64,000 nucleotides of DNA from Octopus vulgaris. Its lineage: Eukaryota. Below are positions 14,124 to 27,848 of the stretch, in pieces. The position numbers and the translations under genes are program-made. The stretch is from positions 6,386,001 to 6,450,000 of the forward strand of contig OX597821.1 in the NCBI GenBank assembly GCA_951406725.2, read 5' to 3'. Position 1 is the first letter of the stretch. Each line of letters starts with the position of its first letter. The notes beneath the pieces are model-generated. The model did no database searches and was not told where the DNA came from. It saw nothing but the letters and a program-made list of their open reading frames with translations.

Positions 14124-14208
14124 GTATGGCTGTATGGTAAGAAGCTTGCTTCCCAACCACATGGGTCCAGGTTCAGTCCCACTGTGTGGCACCTTGGGCA
14201 AGTGTCTA

Positions 14209-14241
<33 letters not shown>

Positions 14242-14466
14242 CTTTGTGTCGTGTTTGTCCCCACCCCCCATCACCACTTGACAATCAGTGTTGGTATGTT
14301 TACATCCCTGTAATTTAGCAGTTCAGCAAAAGAGACTGATAGAATAAGTATTAGGTTTAAAAAAATAAGTCAGTCCTGAGGTCAATTCGTTTGACTAAAA
14401 CCCTTCGAGGTGGTGCTCCAGTATGGCCACAGTCAAATGCCTTGTAGAAGTAAAAGAATAAAAGAA
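14124..14466 (+). mobile_element. SINE family A copy (internally deleted)
   Basis: Head ggctgtatggtaagaagcttgcttcccaaccac..ggttcagtcccactg..caccttgggcaagtgtct and tail taaaagaataaaagaa. Confidence 0.8.
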
Positions 14467-15675
14467 TATGTACATACATAATAAACCCCAATGCCTGTGG
14501 CCCTGTATGTTGTTGCTGTTTAGCCCAAGGTGAGATCTGAAAAGAGTAGTCCAATGATCAAAGAACGTACCAGCTGACCGTGGCCATTCTGTTTATATTT
14601 GAAGCAGTGTATCTTAGATTATGTTAACCAATGTGTCCTTGAGTCCTTTCGTAATTTAAGACTCTGAGGTATGATATAAACAGGATTTGGCTGCTATTTC
14701 ATGCAGATCTAGTGGCTATATAGAGGACCATCCTCATTGGCTCATTGCTCTGAATATTGTCAGTTATCATTTTCATGCAAGGAGCAGGGAAGATGGAAGT
14801 GTGTGTTTTGGGGGGAGAGGGTTAGTTTCGTGGGGTTTGTGGTGGTGGAGGGTGTCTTATAACTCATGTCTGTCTGACATTGTGTGAGACATGTCTGTCA
14901 ATGAATACATCAGTGTGTGTGTGTGTGTGTGTGTTGTGTCTGTGCGTGTGTTGAATGCGTGTGCTGTATGCATGTGTATGTGTATGTGTGTGTGTGTGTA
15001 GAGGAGGCAGTTTTTAGAATGTACCAGTCAAAGACAAACCAGCTGGCTCCTTTTTATTTTTGTTTTTATTTCACTACTATTTATTTACTTTTTTTTATTC
15101 CTTTTCATGCTATTTCTTCTTTTATTTTCTATTTTTCTTTTCACTTCATCTTTGGATTAGTTATAGCATTTAACATCAGTAGCATTTCAGTTTCTTTAAC
15201 TCTGTAAGGATTCTATCTATTTTGTGATTTTCTCCTTTTCTACTTGTCTCAACTTCCTCTTCGTCATCTTCCCCCTTCTCCTTTATCTCTTCCCTCTTCA
15301 TTATCACCATCAACATCATATTCTTCTTATTCTTCTTGGGCTTGTTTGAATGAGGAAAGATGTGTAAGTTATTTTCTTAACATTTTTGAAGAAATCTTTT
15401 CTTGTATCACTTCTTTGTTCTTTAAATTATATATATTTTTTTCCACTTCTTTGTTTTATTTTTAAAAAATACAAACAAACATTTAATGATCATGGTGTTG
15501 CTCCAGCATGGATTTAGTTGTGATAGCCAAGACAAACTAAAGGACTAAATACGCCTCATGATACAAACTTTGACTGCTAGGTTTCATACCCAAAATAATA
15601 TACAATATTATATATTGAATGTATATTATGTCACTTATAATATATACATGCATACTTACACATATATATATGCAT

Positions 15676-15719
<44 letters not shown>

Positions 15720-15720
15720 C

Positions 15721-15753
<33 letters not shown>

Positions 15754-17596
15754 CTGATTAACGTCCGTTTTCAATTCTGGTATGGGTTGGAAGATTCGAC
15801 TGAGATCTGGAGAGCCAACAGCTGTACCAGGCTCCGAAGCGCTTTATGGATGAAAATTCATTGGTCATACTATGACCAGTCATGTAATTAACTTCCTCTA
15901 AATACGTTGCTGCTCTAACGTTTTCCCGCTCTAGAGTGTGTTTCTTTTTCAGATATATGATCCACTAACAGCATAAATATACATATTTATACATACATAC
16001 ACACACACACACATATATATATATGTAAATATATATATGTATATATGTGTGTGTATGTATGTATGTGTATATATATATGTATGTATATATATATACATAC
16101 ATATGTATACACACACACACACACACATATATATATATGTATGCATGTATGTGTGTATATACATACAAATATACACATATACATACATACATATATATAC
16201 AATATATACATACAAATATATGTGTGTAGTGTGTATATACATCTGCGATGGACTGGCACCCCGTCCATGTGGGGAACCTATATGCCAATGAAACCGGGAA
16301 ACCAGCCCTTATGAGCCAGGCATGGCTTGAGAAGGAACAAACAACAACGTGTATATATGTGTGTGTGTGTGTGTGTGCGTGTGTGTATGTTTGTGTGCAT
16401 ATGTATGTATATATACATTTATATACTCACAATATCAATTGTTGGACTGACTTAAATGTATGAGATGAAATTTGTACATAGACTTACAGCTATAGCTTTA
16501 ACAAACATTTTTATAATGAAGCTGATAAAAACTGTTTTTGTTTAAAATATTTTAGATAGTTTATACATATTGCTTTACACTGTTATATCATATATACAGT
16601 AAATATTGTATAGAGTTATATAAACAATATATTATATTTATGCTATGTTACAAATGTCTAGTTTCTGTTATATTATTTGATATCCTGTTATACATACATA
16701 CATTGTTATATACATTACATTGTGTATATAACATGTGTAGTATATGATTATATATAGTATATGTATAGTATATTATATATCTTGTTAGACTTTATATATG
16801 TGGGTATATATGTTTTCATATGTTTATGCGTGTGTATGTATTATGTCATATGGGGTATATAACATATATTAGATCATTCTTGATGGATATACTGTGATAG
16901 AAATCCACAAACCTTGTTTGTGGTTTACTTGTTATTATTGAAAAAGTTAGTCAAGTAATGAACTCCTGGTAACTACAAATCAATCTTCGAAAACAAGGAA
17001 TCGACATGTTTAGGAGGTTGACTTCACATCTGCATGCACACACGAGACACACACACACACAAACGCCATGTACACACTCACTCACACACACACACACATG
17101 CACACACATATATATATACACTCACACACACATGCTCTCACATATGCACACGTCCATATATACCTATATGCATATACAAACATTTGTTAGTTGAAGATGT
17201 TCTCTTATTTAACTAAATATATAATTATCCTTCATTCATTTCTGCCTGGGGTATAGATTCCTGTTGACACAGTAGTAGTAGTAGCAGCATTAGAAACAGA
17301 AGCAGTATTGGTAGTAGTACCATCAGCAGTATCGGTAGTAGTAGTAGTAGTAGTAGTCATTTAGACCTAGGTCAGCCTGATATGGTAGGTACACATACCT
17401 TTGATCAAAGACCAGTCCAGGCATGACCACGCTGTTCTTTCTTCTGGAGTAGTCTGTCTCAAGACATTATATCCAATTAGGATTTTCTGAAGAATAGAAT
17501 CAAAAATTAACTAGAGCACCAAAAATGATAAATTTTTTAAGTATTGTGCATTATGAATATGCAATAAAATTTCATTTTTTTATCTACTTATTGTGT

Positions 17597-17639
<43 letters not shown>

Positions 17640-17960
17640 GTGCTCTCCCCCTTTATCTGTAATTTTTTCAGTTTTGACTTTCTCAAAATTTTTTTCAGGT
17701 TTATGTCACATATTTTTGAAGAAATAATATTACTCTTTATTCCTTACTCTTTTACATGTTTCAGTCATTTGACTGTGGCCATGCTGGAGCACCGCCTTTA
17801 GTCGGGCAAATTCACCCCAGAACTTATTCTTTGCAAGCCTAGTACTTATTCTATCGGTGTCTTTTGCCGAGCCACTAAGTTACGGGGACGTAAACACACC
17901 AGCATCGGTTGTCAAGCGATGTTGGGGAGACAAACACAGACACACAAACACACAGTGTAA

Positions 17961-17993
<33 letters not shown>

Positions 17994-18029
17994 TGCATGC
18001 ACACACACACACACACTCATATATTCCAG

Positions 18030-19280
18030 ATAATATCTGTTAAATCTGTTGCCACTCTTATCCTGTTGTTTCTCCACTTATCCATTTTGTTAATCTTCAG
18101 CATTCTCCTTTCTATGGTCTCTTTGTGTTGATCTTAATTTAGTTTCAATGCTCTTGTTGGTAGTCCATGTTTCTCATGCATACCATCATCAAAGGTAACT
18201 GTAGTATCAGATTTCTTCTCCTAGGGAAAGTCTTTATCAAATAGCAAAGCCTCATAGCATGAAAGATTATCTCTAGGTCAATCCCATCAATATCACAATA
18301 TCTTTCTGTGTATTCTATTGCCTTTTTAAGACAAGAAAGGTCTATAGATGTGTAGAAGCTGATAATATCAAATCATGTAAATCTAGAATTCATTTTATTT
18401 GTAACCTTTTTGACCCAATCTATTAATATGTTACTATTACTCGTCTGCTGTTGTAAATTGATCACTTTCCTAATTTTTATCATTAATCTTCTTTATAATC
18501 TTCTTACTAATTAATTCTACTTCTGTCTCTTCTGGGTTAATTAGTCTATATTTAGTGTTTTAATGTTAAAATCATCATTGTGATCCTTAATGGTAATGTA
18601 AGCTTCTTGTTTGGCTTGCTTATCTAATCTTATTTTCATAGTTATGTCTGTAGCCTTGGTACTTATATCATTATAATTCTATTTTGTGTCAATATTGATA
18701 TTTCGTACTTGCTTATATTTGGAGAAGCCTATTTCAGACAGGTAACTACTTTTGTTTGAGAATACGTGAGAGTTAGAGCTATTCATTACTCTTTTATATA
18801 TCAATTCTTGGTAAGTTCTGAATTTCATGTTAGTTGCAAGGTGTAACAGGTCAGCTTCAAAAATTTCGAAGTCGGTACTTTTGAGGAACTAGTCCTTATT
18901 TTATATGTTATTCTGTTCTATAGATATGAGAATATTTTTGGTTTCAAAGAAGAAAGCCTTCCATTGCATGTGCTTAGTAATGCGCTCCATTTTCTCTAAA
19001 AGTCTTTATAAATGATATGTATTTGAAGGCGGCGAGCTGGCAGAATCGTTAGCACACCAGGCGAAATGCATAGCCGTATTTCGTCTGCCGTTACGTTCTG
19101 AGTTCAAATTCCGCCGAGGTTGACTTTGCCTTTCATCCTTTCGGGGTTGATTAAATAAGTACCAGTTACACACTGGGGGTCGATGTAATCAACTTAATCC
19201 GTTTGTCCCCTCTATGTTTAGCCCCTTGTGGGTAATAAAGAAACAGATATGTATTTGATGGAGGTTTTTCATGTATTTTG
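18030..19280 (-). pseudogene. Decayed Penelope-like element reverse transcriptase (N-terminal half), interrupted by a SINE
   Basis: Minus-strand fragments EKMERITKHMQWKAFFF, AKQEAYITIKDHNDDF, YRLINPEETEVELISKKI and LIDWVKKVTNKMNSRFT*FDIISFYTSI match Penelope-like RT motifs as I recall them (RMRWKAFF, ITLKDHK, RLINP, FDIVxFYPSI). Many stops and frameshifts. Confidence 0.75.
19026..19243 (+). mobile_element. Full-length tRNA-derived SINE family B with target-site duplication
   Basis: A-box-like TGGCAGAATCG, B-box GAGTTCAAATTCC and central gactttgcctttcatcctttcgggg domain. gatatgtatttga is repeated on both sides. Confidence 0.9.
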
Positions 19281-19970
19281 TTTTACCTAATGATCAAAGG
19301 GATAACCTTCCATGCTTGTGCTGTAGGCCTTATTTATGAAGAGCACTCTACTGGACTTGATATATTGCCAGTCATTCAGTTTTAGGACAATTATGACTGA
19401 AAAATCTCATCATGTGGTTGCTGGATAGAACAGTAAATTGATCATAAGTTATAACATAAAATAATAAAAAGAGAAAATGCATCCATGGAGTAAATATATG
19501 CATTGATATGGAACAAAGTTTCGAAGCAAATCAATTACTGCCAGTTTCACTAGCCTGGCTATAAGCTTAATTAGTAGTACTTACAATATTTGGTAACTGA
19601 TGAAACATCTAGCCATATGCTGTTCAACACTCTCCTAGAATAGTATTGTTTTTGTAATGCACAAAGCATATTTTTTGTGGGGAGAGGAATAATTTATTCA
19701 TTTTAACTTGTGCCACCAGCACATAAAAAACACCCAGCACACTTTGTTGAGTGGTTGGCATTAAGAAGGGCATCAAGCCATGGATACTACGCCACAACAA
19801 TTAGAGACTGGACAGCTCCTTGCTAGCCAGCCCCATGTCAAACTGTCCAACCCATGCCAGCATGGAAAGCAGATGTTGACTGATGATGATAGGGATGATG
19901 ATGATGATGATGATGATGACGACGATTATTATTATTATTATTATTATCATCATTATTGTTATTATTATTA

Positions 19971-20049
<79 letters not shown>

Positions 20050-20581
20050 AGCAATACTTGGAGTGTAAGGTAGACAGTAACTCATTTACAGTAGAGTTAA
20101 TTTTAAAAAATGCTATATATATATATATACACACACACAACAAATGTGTACAAATATACATGTAAGTGTGCTTGTCATTTCTACTGTTTCACAGGAGATC
20201 ACCTGAGCTAAGATTGGTGTTACATTCCACCTGGCTTTTGCATTCTGCAGCTCTGCAGTTTCTGTGTTTAGTGAAATTATAAAATCCCTTATAGTGGGTG
20301 ACAGGAAAAGCATCCAGGTAAATATCCATCCAAACTATGCCAGCATAGAAAACAGCAATTGCAGATGGCTTAACCAAATGATCCTTACTTAATCAATGCC
20401 TTCTGTGCAAGGACAATGGATTCCTTCACTGTCTACTCTGTGTGATTCTGTCTAGCTGATTAATGGTATGCTTCATTTTGATATGCCTAGGTTCTCTATG
20501 GATCCGTCATAATCAAAATCACACACACACACACACACACACATACGTACGTACATACATACATACATGCATACATACATG

Positions 20582-20632
<51 letters not shown>

Positions 20633-21254
20633 TCTATATATATACATATACATATATATATATATATATATATAATATGTAGAAAAATACAAACTGGGAC
20701 AAGAACGTAAAACTTTTAGAAGACGATACAAAAAACACGGACGGGACATTCGAAGCCTTCAATCTTCAGTCAAGAACTGGATCATCCTTGCAATTTCAGC
20801 TATATATATATACATATATATACATATATATACATGTATGTATGTATGTATGTATGTATGTATGTATGTATGTATGTGTGTATGTATGTATGTATGTATG
20901 TATGTATGTATGTATGTATGTATGTATGTATGTATGTATGTATGCATGTATGTATGTATATGTTAATGTTTGTTTTCATGTTCAGTGATATACATATATG
21001 AATGACACATACATGTATCATTGTCATCATTGTTTAACAGCTGTTTTCCATGCTGGCATGGGTTGGACGGTTTGACAGGAGCCAATGAGACAGGGGACTG
21101 TGCCAAGCTCCAATGCTTTTATACATACATACATACATACATACATACATACATACATACATACATACAAATATACATACATACATACATACATACATAC
21201 ATACATACATACATACATGCATATATATATGTGTATATATATATATATATATAT

Positions 21255-21331
<77 letters not shown>

Positions 21332-21397
21332 GTAGATATATGTATATATATATATATATAAATATCATATTCATATATATTATATGCAAATGTGAGT

Positions 21398-21429
<32 letters not shown>

Positions 21430-21986
21430 TTGAATTACACACACACACATAGATATAAATATATAAATATATAGAACATTTGGCCGTAGATTAGTGTTAG
21501 TGGCACTGAGTCAGAAATGTTAAGTATATCTCAAATTGGCTAATGTATATGAGTGCTATGTGTCATGGAGAATTAGGTAATCATATGACATACAGTTCAT
21601 ATAATGCATTTAGGGAGGGACCCGTGGTGGGGGTCAATTAATTGCGCCTAACAAACAAATAAGGAAAACAAAAGTGGCCACCAACCACCGCCACCACCAC
21701 CACCACCACCACCACCACCACCACCAACACCAACACCACCACCACCACCACCACCACCGCCTCTACCACCACCACCACCACCAAAGCCACCACCACCTGA
21801 CGCTAATGATGTTATTAGTGTCCTCCACTTCATATCTCTTTTCCTTCTCTTTCTCATCATCACTATCAGCTACAACCACAATTAATACTATAGTCACTAT
21901 CATACTCATTTCTACTATCAGTATCCATAAAAACCACCACTACCACCACCACCACCACCACCACCACCACCACCACCATCACCACC

Positions 21987-22017
<31 letters not shown>

Positions 22018-22399
22018 TCATCACCATCATCACCATCATCTTCATCATTGATCAACATCATCTCTAGCAGTCATAATATCACCACGAGCACAAGAAAAAA
22101 TTCCACAGGGTTGATCAACCCATCGAAAAATAGCAGCCAAATCCTGTGATACTTAACAATTTTTTTAAAAAGAGAAGGGACACATCGAATAAAGTGGTCC
22201 TAGGTTCACTGTATTTGGGAAAACAAAAACAAAAAAACAGGATCGTCATGACTGGAACACTTTTTTGATTATAGGCTTGATTTATCTGAGCTAACCTGAA
22301 ACTTAAAAACAAGATCACCACCACCATTATCATCATAATTACATGCATTCCAAAAATGACAGGATGGTCACTGTCAGAATATCTTTAATTATTACCACC

Positions 22400-22556
22400 A
22401 GCTACTTACTACATAGTTCTGGGTTCAGTCCCACTGCGTGGCACCTTGGGCAAGTGTCTTCTACTATAGCCTCTGGCCGACCAAAGCCTTGTGAGTGGAT
22501 TTGGTAGATGGAAACTGAAAGAAGCCCATCGTATATATGTATATATATATATATAT

Positions 22557-22626
<70 letters not shown>

Positions 22627-22829
22627 TTGTGTGTCTGTGTTTGTCCCCCCAACATCGCTTGACAACCAATGCTGGTGTGTTTACGTCCTCTTTACTTAGC
22701 AGTTCGGCAAAGGAGACCGATAGAGTAACTACTAGGCTTACAAAGAATAAGTCCTGGGGTTGATTTGTTTGACTAAAGGTGGTGCTCCAGCATGGCCACA
22801 GTCAAATGACTGAAACAAGTAAAAAAAAA
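22400..22829 (+). mobile_element. SINE family A copy
   Basis: Collinear with 49647-50060, with an expanded internal (TA)(TG) tract. Confidence 0.85.
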
Positions 22830-23187
22830 ATTATATATATGCTTGACTGGAGCTGACCTGGGGTTAAACAATGGGCAGTTGATAAGGGAGCCTGCATGAA
22901 GTCACTTGCCAAGTCAAGAAATAGGAACTAAATATCCCTCAAGATATCTAAGAAGAAAAAAGATAAGAAGGAAAAGACACATTGGATAATGTAGTCCTGC
23001 GTACACTACATTTGGACAAAAACAAAAATAACAATCAAATAAAAAACAACAGAGAATCAAGACTGGATTGCTATGGTTGGAATATCTTTGGTTATTGATT
23101 TGCTGGACCATAACTAAGTTGTAGCTAAACAACAATATAAAACAAGTAGCAGAAGTTTCCATGGAAACATTGAAACTTTATCATTAG

Positions 23188-23574
23188 CTAGCAGTATCGC
23201 CCGGCGTTGCTCGGGTTGGTAAGGGAAATAACTATATAAGCATTTTTAGAGATGTAAAGTATAATAGCTATCTCAATATGGCTAACCACATGTTACTGTA
23301 GCTTTTTACGTTCTGAGATTTAATAATAAATTTTTATAGAGTTACTTCCCTTATATATGCCAAAAATACATTAAAAATAGGAAAAATTGATGGTAAATTC
23401 TTTTTAAAATCGTAGACTCATCGTAGACATGCGCTAATACCCAGAACGGCTCGATATGAATCACGACTATAAGATACTCGGTTTTGGTTACACTGCACCG
23501 CAAAATGTGGGAGTAGTTAGGAATCTAAATCGTAGGAGACAGACAGCACACAACCTCACTTTTATATATAAAGA
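23188..23574 (-). mobile_element. Non-autonomous Helitron
   Basis: The minus strand starts TCTTTATATATAAAAG after an A, and ends with hairpin CCCG-AGCAACGC-CGGG a few bases before a terminal CTAG. No TSD. Confidence 0.85.
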
Positions 23575-23581
23575 TATGTAA

Positions 23582-23893
23582 AGGCGCATGGCTCAGTGGT
23601 TAGAATGTTCAGCTCACAATCATGAGGTAGTGACTTCAATTTTCAAACTGAGCTGTGTGCTGTGTTCTTGAGCAAGACACTTTATTTCACATTGCTCCAG
23701 TGGTGCCAAGCTGAATTGGCCTTTGCCTCTCCCTAGCATAACATCAATGGCAGGCAGTGGGGAGGCTGGTATGCATGGGTGACTGCTGGTCTTCTATAAA
23801 AACAACCTTGTCTGGACTTGTGCCTCAGAGAGTAACTTGCTAGGTGCAATCCTATGGTGATTCATGACCAAAGTGGGTCTTTATCCTTTACCC
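23582..23893 (+). mobile_element. tRNA-derived SINE family C
   Basis: Head ggcgcatggctcagtggttaga and body tgtgttcttgagcaagacactttatttcac. Related copies at about 5205-5490 (+), 37320-37668 (-), 44555-44850 (-) and 56785-57117 (-). Confidence 0.8.
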
Positions 23894-24421
23894 TATCATT
23901 AATATTACATCAGATCAGGTGTCTCACCACAAGCTGATGAGACCTGCTACCTATTCCATGCCTGGCAACTAAACCAGTTCCCCTACTTGAGTAGCTTGCT
24001 ACTCTTGTGAGGAGGGCATCTGGACATCCAGCAGAACTAAAACTACGACCTGTTGAAGGGCAGATGAGCGCCTTGTAGGCCAACAACCATCCAGGTGGGG
24101 AAGGCAATGGCAAACCATACCAATATCTCTTACCAAGAAAACACTGTGAGAAAGTTACAACACAGTAATGCTATGGCTTCATCTGTTGTGAGAACAGGAA
24201 GATTTCCTTTGCAATGTCATAAACGTGGTGTAAAAGCATACAATACATGATGATGACAGTCATTAATATACAAGCAAGAATATCTCAACTTCACAATTCA
24301 ATTAAATCATAATGTTCAATTATTAAATGAGAGACTAACTCATATAAAAATTTATCTTATAAATGATCCATTATATGCAATACATGCAGCATTAAACTGA
24401 AATAGCCATCTCACCACTCAC

Positions 24422-24524
<103 letters not shown>

Positions 24525-24627
24525 TTAGAGACAAAACCACTATTATGCAAATCAAACAAAGAAAGACTTAATCCAATGCATAAAAAATTTTATATAAATT
24601 AAATATAATCAAGATTAATTAAGATAT

Positions 24628-24673
24628 CCACTACAATCGTTTCTTGTCACTTCAATGGACATTCATCAGGTGG
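24628..24673 (-). ncRNA. Minimal type I hammerhead ribozyme motif (left-arm copy)
   Basis: Exact reverse complement of 24744-24789. Confidence 0.65.
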
Positions 24674-24743
24674 TTTTCAAGACCTTCTATGCAATTTTGA
24701 ACTATGACTTCATAGTTCAAAATTGCATAGAAGGTCTTGAAAA

Positions 24744-24789
24744 CCACCTGATGAATGTCCATTGAAGTGACAAGAAACGATTGTAGTGG
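24744..24789 (+). ncRNA. Minimal type I hammerhead ribozyme motif
   Basis: CCAC-CTGATGA-aTGTC(cattgaagt)GACAa-GAAA-CGATTG-TA-GTGG: canonical core and GUA cleavage triplet, with an A.A mismatch at the base of stem II. Confidence 0.7.
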
Positions 24790-24984
24790 ATATCTTAATT
24801 AATCTTAATTATATTTATTTATATAAAATTTTTTATGCATTGGATTAAGTCTTTCTTTGTTTGATTTGCATAATAGTGGTTTTGTCTCTAATTAATATTA
24901 TATTATATTTTACTATAAAATTGGATTCAATCATAAATCTGATTTTTCCCTGTAAATTTGGATTTATTCCCTAATATTTATTAT

Positions 24985-25037
<53 letters not shown>

Positions 25038-25039
<2 letters not shown>

Positions 25040-26274
25040 GGGTGTGTAAGGTGTTTGAGGACATACCTTTTTTGAGTCATTGCTGCATTTTTTGCTAACC
25101 CTGTATAATCTTTGTTTCAGAAAATAATAGTGGCAGACCCTTAGCTTACTCAAGAAATGAAGAGGCATGCTGTTATTGTGGTTATAAAGGCTGAGCATAG
25201 CAATTTAGAAATATCTCAATTTTTAAAAGTTGCCTGATCTTTCGTCTACAAAGTTTGTAAGGAGCTAGAGACTGAAGATGGAAATGTATCACCAGTATCA
25301 AAGCATTAAAAGCATTCTAAATGCTCTGAAATCATCAGAACACTTGAATTTATCCAGTAAGTTCAACAGAAAGTCCATGAGGTCAATTGCAAAAGTTCTC
25401 CGTGTGTCAGAAGGAACAGTCAGAAATGTTGTCCATGAAGACACCAGGTATAAGTCTTATATGATAAAGAAAGGGTTCATCTGTTGTGAGAACAGGAAAA
25501 TCCCTACATCGGATCTAAAAGGCTTTTAAACTGAAAAATCCAGTAGAAGATTTGATTTGGTTTTTCTCAAACGAGAAAAACTTCGACCAAGATCAAAAAG
25601 TTAACAGAAGAAATGACAGACAGTTATGTGCAGACCCTTCTGAAGTTCCAAATGTTATGCATACAAAATTTCCTGCAACTGTCATGGTTTTAGGGGTTGT
25701 CAGCAATGAAGGACATGTGATGCCTCCTTACTTCCTTTCACAAGGCCTTAGAGTTAACTCTGCCACCTACATTGAGGTCCTGGAAATGATTCTTAAGCCC
25801 TAGATAGACAGTGTATGCAATGGAAAGCCATATGTGTTTCAGTAAGATCCTGTACAATCACACACGGCTCTAGTAACACAGAAATGGATGGCTGAACATT
25901 TTCATGGTCACACAACCCCTAACATTTGGCCTTGTAATTCCCCAGATCCTAATCCATTGGACTATTACATATGAAGTGTTGTTGAGAGAGAGGTCAATGA
26001 GCATGCCCATAACACCAAAGATTCTTTGAAAGCTGCCATAGTCAGAGTAATGTCCAAAATGAACCAGAACCATTTGATTCGAGCATGTAGATGATTTAGA
26101 TCTCATATAGAAGCAGTTATTGAAGCTGAGGGTGGCTTTATTGAATAAACATTATAAAAAAGAAAGTTTATTTTTATCTTCATAGCATTTTTTGATAAAT
26201 AAAGTCATTAACTGTTATTATATATCTGTTTTTTGATAAACATAAATCTGTCCACAATTATCTTACGCACCCTG
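25038..26274 (+). mobile_element. Near full-length decayed Tc1/mariner transposon, DD37D (maT) family
   Basis: Imperfect TIRs cagggtgtgtaaggtgtttgaggaca and tgtccacaattatcttacgcaccctg. Transposase reads WFFSNEKNF...PATVMVLGVVSNEG...FQ*DPVQSH..(37 aa)..NPLDYY...AEGGFIE* with stops and frameshifts. Confidence 0.9.
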
Positions 26275-26443
26275 CATATATATATACATAGATAAACTCC
26301 TCTATTTACATAATATTGAGGTCTCTTTCTTTCTTTTGTTATTTTACCGTTTTTATCAATATATATATATATATATGTATATATATGGGTATGTTGACGC
26401 AAACAAGAAAAATAAAATTCAAAATATGAGTATATTTATATAT

Positions 26444-26489
26444 AGTTTGATGAGTGCCAACACACAAAACTCTCAGCCCTTGAGTCACT
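26444..26489 (+). ncRNA. Degenerate hammerhead ribozyme motif
   Basis: AGT-TTGATGA-GTG(ccaaca)CAC-AAAA-CTC(tcagccctt)GAG-TC-ACT: all three stems present, but the core has C3>T and G12>A transitions, so it is probably inactive. Confidence 0.45.
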
Positions 26490-26529
26490 CTGTTGCTCCT
26501 GTGAAATATTAATATATGTATGTATGTAC

Positions 26530-26567
<38 letters not shown>

Positions 26568-27589
26568 CTATATTTATATCTATATCTATATAAATTTAAA
26601 TAATAAATGTAGAAATTGATATTAACCAATTAAAACCAATTAAAACCAGTGGCTTAGCATATTAAAAAAATCTGAAGATTAAAAATTGTGTTACATACAA
26701 AATTAAGAGGAATGACCACTAAAGTGGACACCTAATATACTAAACATAGACGTCAAATCACCATTACCACGAAGAATGTGTTCTCAAAAAAAATCTTAAC
26801 ATACATACACACACACACAAACACACACATACACATATACGGATATGCATACATGTTTATATATATGCTAGTGCATGTATATATGTGTATATATATATGT
26901 GTACATCTATATATATATACATCTACACATAAAATATAAAATACAAAGTTATATCTTGATATCGCAAGTAATAACAATACTCAAAATATATAACAGACTG
27001 GAATTGTAGGCCCGTCTCTTGCAATTTCGATCAATTGTATCTTGTCCTCCCTCTTGTATAGAAGTGGGGCTACAATCCAGCCTACCTCTACTTCTGGGTG
27101 GGGGACATTTTAAATTTTTATCCGGGACGTCCTATGTCCCAGATATAAAGGTAAAAATAAAATATTTCCACTTTGCAAGGTTCGAGTCGAGTACTCCCTT
27201 GCACGCTCCGTTGACTCGAACCTTGCTTCTATTGTGGCGAATCTACTGCCTCTGGTTAGAAACTTGATATCTTTCATAGTCACACCAAGACACTTTTCGA
27301 TGGTACTTTCCTTCAGGTGTTCAAATCTTTTTTTTCTTTACATTGTATACTTTATAGACAATAGTCTTTTCTTTAATTTAATGGACTATTCCATTTCTGC
27401 ACATTAATTTTATTTTTAATTTATTCCCATTCATGTGAAACCACTTATTCAAGTTCAAATCATTGATGCAATTTTATACTAATTGCTATTTTTACTTTTG
27501 TTATGTTACAATTATATTATACTTTAGTTTGATTTTATTACTTACTACATATAATTCAATTGTTATTATTATCTCTAATTTTTATTGTT

Positions 27590-27848
27590 AAAGTGAAAGC
27601 ATCTGACATAAAATAGAGAAATGTTTTTGTATCACTTTTAACACGTAATACTGAAATAGTGGAGAAGATATGACATTGCTATGGGCTCGCCCTAGGAAAG
27701 AAGTTGAACATTTTTTTTGCCCATGAAACTACATGGACCCTAAGTAAAGCATGTGTAAAATTTGAATGAAATTGGTTATGTAGTTCTCAAGTTTTAGGGA
27801 AACTCACAGACAGACAGACACACATTCTCAGTTTTATATATATAGAGA
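27590..27848 (-). mobile_element. Helitron 5' portion (non-autonomous)
   Basis: The minus strand begins TCTCTATATATATAAAACTGAG followed by (GTCT)n, the same end architecture as 23188-23574. The 3' CTAG end was not found. Confidence 0.6.

Noticed and set aside
20677-20800. Minus-strand CTGAAGA, a possible hammerhead
   Set aside because: No GAAA with stem III and NUH in the right register could be built.
23582-23660. tRNA-like sequences here and at 19026, 49647 and 54500
   Set aside because: These are SINE heads. They lack a complete cloverleaf and continue into SINE bodies, so they are not called tRNA genes.
23925-23960. CTGATGAG, a possible hammerhead core
   Set aside because: No downstream GAAA or closing stems.
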